This document shows positions 57,108-64,000 of a stretch of 64,000 nucleotides of DNA, in pieces. Location of the stretch: IMG/VR virus record IMGVR_UViG_3300021356_000007, positions 1 to 64,000 of that record; one strand, written 5' to 3'. The stretch is from a virus. Below the pieces are notes generated by a model that was not told the origin of the DNA, ran no database searches, and saw only the letters and a list, made by a program, of their open reading frames with translations. Every line of letters begins with the position of its first letter. Position 1 is the first letter of the stretch. The translations under genes and the position numbers were made by a program.

Positions 57108-57301
57108 GAGAGAATTGGAATGGTAGAACACAAGAGATACACAAGGACATGATTATGTACATCATGGACTGTTATACCCACAGAAGAGAAGACAGAGAAC
57201 ACTTCATGGATATGAGAGACATCAGTAAAGAACTAGAAGAATCCCTGTGGTGGGAATTGGCTCATCTTGTCGCAAAGAAGTTTAACATAAAGGGTGACTG
57301 A
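57104..57301 (+). CDS. Small hypothetical protein
   Basis: ATGA overlap with helicase stop. Confidence 0.55.
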   Translation: MRENWNGRTQEIHKDMIMYIMDCYTHRREDREHFMDMRDISKELEESLWWELAHLVAKKFNIKGD

Positions 57302-57488
57302 AATGAAGAGAATAACGAAACACACTAAGCAATTAGTATGGCACATATTGAGTGAAGGGATGGATAGAGAATGCCCGTCTTTACTAGAGATAGCAAACCA
57401 TGAATGGGAATGCGAGACAAACAGACCATACACCATGGAAGATTACTGGGATGCTTACTATTGGATTCTCAAGAAGGTAGGTAATTGA
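57294..57488 (+). CDS. Small hypothetical protein
   Basis: ORF in operon; start uncertain. Confidence 0.5.
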   Translation: MTEMKRITKHTKQLVWHILSEGMDRECPSLLEIANHEWECETNRPYTMEDYWDAYYWILKKVGN

Positions 57489-57489
57489 C

Positions 57490-57819
57490 ATGGGTATCGG
57501 AGTAGAATATATTCAAGACCACAACCAAGAATACTGGTACGACAATCTCTTAGGAATGCTCAAGATGGTAGACCAAATTATCAGAATCTACGGTGATGAC
57601 GAAGAGACATTCAGAGAGCGTATCAGTGACTACATGTGGGAATTAGTCGTCAGGAATCTTGACGCTGATACCAAAGCAAGACATGACGGCGAGTTCGAGA
57701 GGTGCGGTACATTCCCTAAGTTCAAGGGCGAGCCGGGCATCAGTCATCTGATTGCTGAGGCTTACCCTAGAGAGAATCCACTCAAGCCTCAAGACCTAGA
57801 AGACCAAGAATCCGATTGA
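57490..57819 (+). CDS. Hypothetical protein
   Basis: AGGTAGGT SD-like, 109 aa. Confidence 0.6.
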   Translation: MGIGVEYIQDHNQEYWYDNLLGMLKMVDQIIRIYGDDEETFRERISDYMWELVVRNLDADTKARHDGEFERCGTFPKFKGEPGISHLIAEAYPRENPLKPQDLEDQESD

Positions 57820-58582
57820 GTTCGGTTTGCTGGTTACTGACACGGTCAGACAAATCTAGTTCTTGTTGTGCAGTCATTGGTACTTCAGAATCGAACACTG
57901 GGTCAACGAAGTCTTCAAATGACTGTGCATCTATTTGTCTAGCGAATGGCTGTAACTGAGCGTCAGTTAATTCATAGTCAATCCCATACCTGCGAGGGTC
58001 TTTTCTAGCCAACCTAGAAGCCATCTGAGCGACTGGGTCTTTTGGGTGAGCAGCACCATAGAACATAGGGTCATTGAATAAAGCGTGTCCTTCTATGGGT
58101 CTACCAGTAACCTGACTCGCAGTCAATGCCGTGGGTCGGTCTACTGCCATCCAGTTAGGAGGCTTTGCATCTGCTACGCCGGTAGCCTCTGCTAGGGGTA
58201 TGGCATGGTGTATGGATGTAGCGAGTGTTCTACCTCTGTCTGAGTCAGCCTTTGGATTACCTGATTCGGCAAATGGTCTGCCTCTTATCTGTTGAGATAA
58301 AATAGGCGTACCACGACCTGACATAAATTGTTGAGCCTCCGGTGGCAATTCATAAGTCTGCGCTATTGGTGTCTGTTCAACAAAGATGTCCGGCATCAAA
58401 CGAGCCAACTGGCTCGCAAGGTACATGTCACTCAATGTATTACCGTGACCTACCTTAGTAACATCAGGATTACCTTCTTGACCGAACACCATCTGATTCA
58501 TCCCCTGCCCTATCCGAACACCTTCGGAGGGTTGGAAGACAGCCTTGAGCAATAACCATGCTCTCTCAAATGGGCTGTTCAT
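57782..58582 (-). CDS. Protein-kinase-like protein with AWxxLK leader, inverted within early region
   Basis: MNSPFERAWLLLK/A; IGQGMNQMVF (Gly loop), VTKV, VADAKPPNW (catalytic DxKxxN), LFNDP (DFG-position Asp). Confidence 0.6.
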   Translation of the reverse strand: MNSPFERAWLLLKAVFQPSEGVRIGQGMNQMVFGQEGNPDVTKVGHGNTLSDMYLASQLARLMPDIFVEQTPIAQTYELPPEAQQFMSGRGTPILSQQIRGRPFAESGNPKADSDRGRTLATSIHHAIPLAEATGVADAKPPNWMAVDRPTALTASQVTGRPIEGHALFNDPMFYGAAHPKDPVAQMASRLARKDPRRYGIDYELTDAQLQPFARQIDAQSFEDFVDPVFDSEVPMTAQQELDLSDRVSNQQTELNRILGLLGLEA

Positions 58583-58630
58583 GCACATCGCAAGGCGTGA
58601 TGTGTAATATCACTTTCCGCTTACCAAGCC

Positions 58631-58665
58631 AAACTGGTTATAAAGAAACAATAAAGGAAATGGCT
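58631..58665 (+). promoter_or_regulatory. Early promoter copy 6
   Basis: AAACTGGTTATAAAGAAACAATAAAGGAAATG; TATA at 58638. Confidence 0.8.
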
Positions 58666-58719
58666 GGGACTTTGGAAAAAACCACAAAAACAAATAAGAA
58701 ATGAAAACGAGGAGATAAT

Positions 58720-60231
58720 ATGGAAGACATAGTATTGATAGGAAAAGTAACGCAAAGCACACCGAACACAGTAGAAGTGGAGTACCCTTCTATTGTGGGA
58801 ATCAACGCCGTAAGAGTACCAAGAACAATGGTAGCAAGATTCGAAAGAATCAGCGGTGGTAGAGTGGCAGTGCTGGTAAGAACAGACGAAACAGAAAAAG
58901 GCAAGAACTTGTATCAGCATATTGGTATCGACCAAGCACCATTGCATGTAACAGATGAGCACATGAGCATCGTTTCAGCACTGGAATACAACGAACCAAT
59001 CCCAGCAGGACTAACACAAGACACAGCAGAGGAGTCAGTGATGTGGGGCGCATCAGCCCCAGTCAACAATCAACCTCTCATCACCATTGCTAACAATGAT
59101 GGTACAGAAGAATTTGTGATTGCTAATGAGGCATTCGATGCAATGCTTTTCTCAGGCGGTAGAAAGAAAGTTGAGAGCATCAACTGGGACTTCACACCAT
59201 CTAGGAAGCCAGCATTTGTAATGCACGAAGAAGGACAATCAGGTACAACCGTAGCAAGAGTCAATGACAATGCTGGTAAACCTGTTGCCTACCACATCTT
59301 CAATCCAACTTACGCTAATGAATCAAGACCAGCAGGTGCTTACCTTGGTACATTCAGTGGCTCATATTACCCAATGCCATACAGAGATGGCTACCAACCA
59401 ATCATGGACATGTCTGCTGAAAGAGGCTGGCCTTGTCAAGTGATTGCTTGGGATGAAGGTAAGAGGTCTGCTCTGTTCTGTGATGTTACAAGCAGTGTAG
59501 ATTGGGACAAAGCAACCAAGGGATTCGGCAATAGGTGGTCGGGTCTTGTTAACACTGGTGACTACAGAATCGGTATCGCTGTGTACAACAGCCTTGACGG
59601 TTCATCATCATTCAAAGTACAAGCGGTAGCGATGAGACTTACATGTTCTAACGGTATGTTCATGGGAGACTCTGCTACTCTAATCAACCTCAAGCACACA
59701 GTCAACACACTGGGTAACTATGACTTTGAGAAGTTGGCTGGTAGAATTATGGATGTCATTGAGACCGCAGCACAAGAAATTGTTGTCACTGAATCAATGC
59801 GTGATGTCGAAATTAACAGAGATACCTTTGAGAAACTCATGACTATCTGTGAGAAGAAAGGACTAATCACCAAGCCTGTCATCAAAAGAGATGACACTGG
59901 CAATGTATCTGCTGTCACTAGAGGACACATGTGGAGACTGATGGGACAAGGATGGACTAACCCAAGCGAGCCTTGGGTTGCAGTCGATGAACAAGACACT
60001 GGTTCTCTTTACCATGTATACAATATCATGACTGGTGCTATCACCCACAAACCTGTGTGGACTGATGGGGCAACCAAACTAGAAGGAAGTAAACTTAACT
60101 TCAGCACACTCACTGACAGACTGAGCAAGGTTCACAAAATCTTTGGTGACATCGCAAACAAGTCAATCAACGGTACACCTGTTGAGGAACAACTTGAGAA
60201 GGTCAAGATGTTCAGTGAGATACTATACTGA
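58720..60231 (+). CDS. DUF932-like phage/plasmid protein with N-terminal extension
   Basis: IAVYNSLDGSSSFKVQAVAMRLTCSNG...LKHT, SLYHVYNIMT; GAGGAG SD. Confidence 0.75.
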   Translation: MEDIVLIGKVTQSTPNTVEVEYPSIVGINAVRVPRTMVARFERISGGRVAVLVRTDETEKGKNLYQHIGIDQAPLHVTDEHMSIVSALEYNEPIPAGLTQDTAEESVMWGASAPVNNQPLITIANNDGTEEFVIANEAFDAMLFSGGRKKVESINWDFTPSRKPAFVMHEEGQSGTTVARVNDNAGKPVAYHIFNPTYANESRPAGAYLGTFSGSYYPMPYRDGYQPIMDMSAERGWPCQVIAWDEGKRSALFCDVTSSVDWDKATKGFGNRWSGLVNTGDYRIGIAVYNSLDGSSSFKVQAVAMRLTCSNGMFMGDSATLINLKHTVNTLGNYDFEKLAGRIMDVIETAAQEIVVTESMRDVEINRDTFEKLMTICEKKGLITKPVIKRDDTGNVSAVTRGHMWRLMGQGWTNPSEPWVAVDEQDTGSLYHVYNIMTGAITHKPVWTDGATKLEGSKLNFSTLTDRLSKVHKIFGDIANKSINGTPVEEQLEKVKMFSEILY

Positions 60232-60240
60232 GGAGATAAA

Positions 60241-60510
60241 ATGAAAACACACTACATAGAAACAGACCACGGAGTATACGAGATTGTCCCACTATGGGAT
60301 AGTCACGCACACTACATGAGAGAAAGGTATGACGAGGATGATGCAAAGTGGGAGATATTTGCACCTAAAGGTAGAAACTTCAACACTTGTCATTCTTACC
60401 TAGAGATTTCCTACGAAAACTGCTTAGGTCATGTAGGTGAAGCAGATTACACTTGTAACATCGACAACGACTGTGGGTGCTTAGAGAATATGAATGAGGG
60501 AGACGAATGA
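60241..60510 (+). CDS. Small hypothetical protein
   Basis: GAGGAG SD. Confidence 0.6.
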   Translation: MKTHYIETDHGVYEIVPLWDSHAHYMRERYDEDDAKWEIFAPKGRNFNTCHSYLEISYENCLGHVGEADYTCNIDNDCGCLENMNEGDE

Positions 60511-61223
60511 CACAAACACCGGAAGAAGAACTACAGACCATACTTGAAAGAGTGATAGACGGAGGACTATGGCAACCAGCAGGGCTGGGACTATCCTATG
60601 TCCGTAGTGGAGACAGAGAGATTCAACTTGTATCTCAAGAGAACAACCCTACATCGGCTCAAGCAAGAATCAGAATGAAACTGCTGGCTGAAAGCATAGG
60701 TTGGTCTGTCGATGAAAGTAATGTACAACTGAAAGATGTCCAGCACTTGTCTCCTCAAGAGGCACACATGCAAGAGATGGCTCTCAGACAAGAGATGGCA
60801 CAGAACTGGAAATGCCAATGTGGTACACCACTGTCAGCCTTCCCACTGGAAGATGGTAAGTGGGTTCATGACGGACAGTCAGAAATGAAACTACCCCATG
60901 GTGAAGTTGAACTGGTTGAGCAGTGGTCTGTCGCAATCGACTGCCCTGTGTGTGAACTGAGAATACCACTTGAGCCATACGACTACGGTCTGTTGGCTGG
61001 CGATGATGCTATGCTCACTTACAAGACACCCAATGGTGTAACATACACAGCACTTTCGAGACCTGAAATCATAGAAAGAATTGACAGCGAGGCGACTGGT
61101 AACTTTGACCTGAATAGTTTACTCATGGTACTTGGGACATTTTGTCCTAGGTACGGAGACTTGCTACCTCCTCATGTAAGAGGTAGCGTTGTATTGAAAA
61201 CAGAAGGAGATGAAGAAGAATGA
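60507..61223 (+). CDS. Hypothetical Zn-ribbon protein
   Basis: GAGGGG SD; CQCG...CPVC. Confidence 0.7.
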   Translation: MTQTPEEELQTILERVIDGGLWQPAGLGLSYVRSGDREIQLVSQENNPTSAQARIRMKLLAESIGWSVDESNVQLKDVQHLSPQEAHMQEMALRQEMAQNWKCQCGTPLSAFPLEDGKWVHDGQSEMKLPHGEVELVEQWSVAIDCPVCELRIPLEPYDYGLLAGDDAMLTYKTPNGVTYTALSRPEIIERIDSEATGNFDLNSLLMVLGTFCPRYGDLLPPHVRGSVVLKTEGDEEE

Positions 61224-61374
61224 TACTAGAAGATAAATTGGAGGAGATGAACTCTGTAGACCTTGAAGAACTGATTAATAAACTGAAGAAGCGACTAAAA
61301 AGGGTGAAGGAAGATGAATTCTTGGCGGAATTTCATGCAAAGCATTTCTCAGGACAAAGCGAGAGGGAAGAAGA

Positions 61375-61641
61375 ATGAAGGTAGAAATGATACCGATTGA
61401 GGGAGTCATCGTAAGATGTCTCATAGTAGACGACAATGACAAATGGACTCACTGTGAGAACTGTGGGGCTCAGAATTACAATCACGAATTACTGGCTAAG
61501 GAAGACGATGAATGGTGTATGGATTGCAACGACAAGCATTACCGTAAAGATTGGTCTGACATGCAATTGGGACAATGGACTGTCCAGCAAATGATTGCTG
61601 GTAAGATTACCCATGTAGTCCGTGATGCGAACAAAAAATGA
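61375..61641 (+). CDS. Small Zn-finger protein
   Basis: CENCG...CMDC. Confidence 0.6.
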   Translation: MKVEMIPIEGVIVRCLIVDDNDKWTHCENCGAQNYNHELLAKEDDEWCMDCNDKHYRKDWSDMQLGQWTVQQMIAGKITHVVRDANKK

Positions 61642-61862
61642 GAGGAATAGATATGAAGAGATTTCCAAAATCAAAAGGTAAGATACAGGCACTGAACATT
61701 TGCATCATGCAATACACATGTATTGAGGGAAGCGAAAGAGATTGGTTCAAAACATACAATGACGGTATGGACACTTTCGGTAGACCTATCATTTGTACAG
61801 CAGAAGATATTGATTGGGCTATGGAATACCTGTGGGAAAGATGTCAGAAGGTGGAAGCATGA
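61638..61862 (+). CDS. Small hypothetical protein
   Basis: ORF coupled to downstream gene (ATGA). Confidence 0.55.
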   Translation: MRGIDMKRFPKSKGKIQALNICIMQYTCIEGSERDWFKTYNDGMDTFGRPIICTAEDIDWAMEYLWERCQKVEA

Positions 61863-62368
61863 ACATATTTGTATTAGACAAAGACCCTGTCAAGGCAGCG
61901 AAGTACATTGACGACCAAAGAATCAGCAAGATGATTATTGAGTCAGGACAAATGATGCGAGCAGCACTGGGTAGACATGGCATGAGTGAAGAAGACTGCC
62001 GACAGTTCGGCATCCTGACTAAGAGTGGTAACCCTTGGCGTGTCACTCACAAGAATCATCCTTGTACACTGTGGGCTGGTGAAACTAGAATGAACTTCAT
62101 GTGGCTTGCTACTCATGCCCTTGCTATGTGCAAAGAGTTTGAGTATCGTTATCTCAAAGAACACGCATGTCGTAAACCAATCATGCACATGATTGACTAC
62201 ATGGACATGTTCATTCCTGAAGGTGACTACACACCTTTCGCTCAGGCTATGCCTGACGAGTACAAGGATGACGATGCAGTATTTGCTTATCGTAGATACT
62301 ACAAGAGCAAGGACAACATCAGATACAGAAAAACAGATGTCCCTACTTGGTGGGAGGTGACGGCGTGA
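61859..62368 (+). CDS. Pyrimidine-dimer DNA glycosylase (T4 DenV-like family) protein
   Basis: MNIFVLD.DP..AA...D....KM..ES.QM, THKNHPCTLW, TPFAQAMPDEYK..DAV.AYRRYY. Confidence 0.75.
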   Translation: MNIFVLDKDPVKAAKYIDDQRISKMIIESGQMMRAALGRHGMSEEDCRQFGILTKSGNPWRVTHKNHPCTLWAGETRMNFMWLATHALAMCKEFEYRYLKEHACRKPIMHMIDYMDMFIPEGDYTPFAQAMPDEYKDDDAVFAYRRYYKSKDNIRYRKTDVPTWWEVTA

Positions 62369-63027
62369 GTGAATGCTTTGATGACGAGTATTGGGAACAC
62401 CATGCAAAAGAGCAATTGCTGAAATGCAAAGGTTGTACTGGTTGCCCTATTACTTACTATCCTCTTACTACAATAGTAGGCTATGGTTTAGAGTGTGAAT
62501 GCGTGGAGGTGACGGCGTGAAGGATATTGTAGAATACAGAATCCATTATGGTGAGGATGGAGACTCACACGACATTCTGTATTATGAGGGTAAGGATTGG
62601 CGCAAGTGGAAACAGCACATTGGCGAAGAAGGAGTCCAATGGATTGAGAGAGTGGTTGACACTTTCTGTTCCAACGGGGATTTGATTAGTTCGGAGTATG
62701 AAACCCTGTGGGAGGTGACGGCGTGAATCATGAATACAGAATAAAGCGAATTAGAAATATCATCAAGCGGTTTGAAGAAAAGGAAGGTGGCAACATTGGT
62801 GACCTCGTGGACGCTTGGGAAAGAATCAAAGAACAAGTGGAGGTGACGGAGTGAAGTGCATACCAAAGAAAAACAGTCGTGCAATTTCCTATTCAAGCCA
62901 AGTTGATTGGTTGCTGGACATTGACTGCGCTACTTGTAGGAGTCGGACATCAATGTGTAGGGTCAAGGTGACAATGGATGAAATGGAAGATTGGATTGCT
63001 GAACGAGGCGTGGAGGTGACGGCATGA
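62353..63027 (+). repeat. Five 16-bp direct repeats GGAGGTGACGG(C/A)(G/A)TGA delimiting four mini-genes
   Basis: Copies at 62353, 62505, 62711, 62839, 63012; ORFs 62365-62520, 62517-62726, 62723-62854, 62851-63027. Confidence 0.85.
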
Positions 63028-63185
63028 AGTGTTGTGAGAAGATAGATGATGATTGGATAAATGGTGATATGTGGCATGATAATCACACTACATTTGGGTT
63101 TAGTGGCAGGATGCTTTTAGTGACTTACCAATGCCCTCACTGTGGTAAAAGAAGTGAGAGAGATTTCTTAGAGGTGAATGAGTGA
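63024..63185 (+). CDS. Small Zn-ribbon protein (below track cutoff)
   Basis: MKCCEKID...CPHCGK; starts in last repeat, overlaps methylase start. Confidence 0.5.
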   Translation: MKCCEKIDDDWINGDMWHDNHTTFGFSGRMLLVTYQCPHCGKRSERDFLEVNE

Positions 63186-63961
63186 AGAGCATTCTAAGAT
63201 ATGTCGGTGGTAAGAGTAGGGCAGTCAAGCACATCCTACCTTACCTTGAGGGCGCAGACACATTGTACTCTCCCTTCTTTGGGGGAGGCTCAATCGAGTT
63301 TGCCTTCTCCGAGAAAGGTAAGGTCATCGGTTGTGACTTGTACAAACCAGTCGCAATGTTTTGGCAACAGGTACTCAGAGACCCTGACCTTGTAGCAGAC
63401 GAGGTACAGAAATTTCACCCTCTACCAAAGTGTGACTTTGTTTCTTTACAGCATCTGTTACCTCACATGGAAATACCAGTCAACATAGCATGTTCCTTTT
63501 ATGTCCTGAACAGGGCATCATTTTCAGGCTCAACAAATTCAGGTGGTATGTCACCTGAACATCCAAGATTTAATCAAGCGTCTATTGACAGATTGAGAGA
63601 ATTCTCAGCACCAAATGTAGAGGTGCATCACAGTGACGCATTCGTTTTCCTCAAAGGTTTGATGGGGCAGAATCCATCAGGCAAAGTGATTTACCTTGAC
63701 CCACCTTACATGATTAAGAACAACTTGTACGGTAACAAAGGAGACATGCACAGAAACTTCGACCATGAAAAGTTAGTCGAGGTCGTCAAAGGATTAGATG
63801 CACTGGGTTGGAAGATAGTCATGTCTTACAACAATAACGAGGATATTGAGAAGTGGTATAGTGACTTTGAAATCATCCCGCTTGAATGGAAGTATGGGAT
63901 GAATAGTAGTAAAGAATCAAATGAGATTTTGATAGTAAGTAAAAGAGAGGTGAATGAATGA
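63182..63961 (+). CDS. Dam-like (D12 class) N6-adenine DNA methyltransferase
   Basis: LRYVGGKS, SPFFGGGS, YVLNRASFSG, IYLDPPY, MSYN, EILI. Confidence 0.9.
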   Translation: MKSILRYVGGKSRAVKHILPYLEGADTLYSPFFGGGSIEFAFSEKGKVIGCDLYKPVAMFWQQVLRDPDLVADEVQKFHPLPKCDFVSLQHLLPHMEIPVNIACSFYVLNRASFSGSTNSGGMSPEHPRFNQASIDRLREFSAPNVEVHHSDAFVFLKGLMGQNPSGKVIYLDPPYMIKNNLYGNKGDMHRNFDHEKLVEVVKGLDALGWKIVMSYNNNEDIEKWYSDFEIIPLEWKYGMNSSKESNEILIVSKREVNE

Positions 63962-64000
63962 AAGAAAAAACAGTCTGCGTATGTGGTTCAACCACTTTCA

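Noticed and set aside
62353-63027. CRISPR array
   Set aside because: Repeats only 16 bp, spacers 112-190 bp of uneven length that are open reading frames; no cas genes
1-64000. Provirus boundary, integrase, transposon or DGR/retron
   Set aside because: No integrase, transposase or reverse transcriptase motifs and no run of host genes seen in the window

Overview
A 64-kb segment of a tailed dsDNA virus (HK97-fold, Caudoviricetes) of an archaeal host. The GGAGGTGA Shine-Dalgarno sites, TATA-box promoters and the capsid/protease sequence style point to a 'magrovirus'-type virus of Marine Group II euryarchaea; this is inference, not database-checked. Left part (1-39243, almost all minus strand) is the late/virion module: tail tip proteins, a miniature tape-measure-like protein, tail chaperones with a likely -1 frameshift, tail tube, neck, major capsid protein, protease/scaffold, a 1929-aa protein with a degenerate DNA-ligase domain, portal, LAGLIDADG protein, TerL and a TerS candidate. 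It also holds a membrane-protein operon built round an Arf/Rab-like small GTPase, a block of putative internal head proteins sharing an AWxxLK tag, and HMG-CoA lyase. The strand-switch region (39244-41307) contains CCGTCTAAAC iterons, palindromes, two strongly structured candidate ncRNAs flanking the first early ORF, and an AT-rich tract. Right part (plus strand) is the early region: six copies of a conserved promoter, many small acidic ORFs often bracketed by exact 16-24 bp direct repeats, ArdA, a SMARCAL1-like helicase with an in-frame TGA, a DUF932-like protein, a DenV-like glycosylase and a Dam-like methylase, plus one inverted AWxxLK-tagged kinase-like gene. Best candidates for undescribed biology: the GTPase/membrane operon, the AWxxLK cargo-tagging system, the two ncRNAs and the repeat-bracketed gene cassettes. 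All family assignments are motif recognition by eye.
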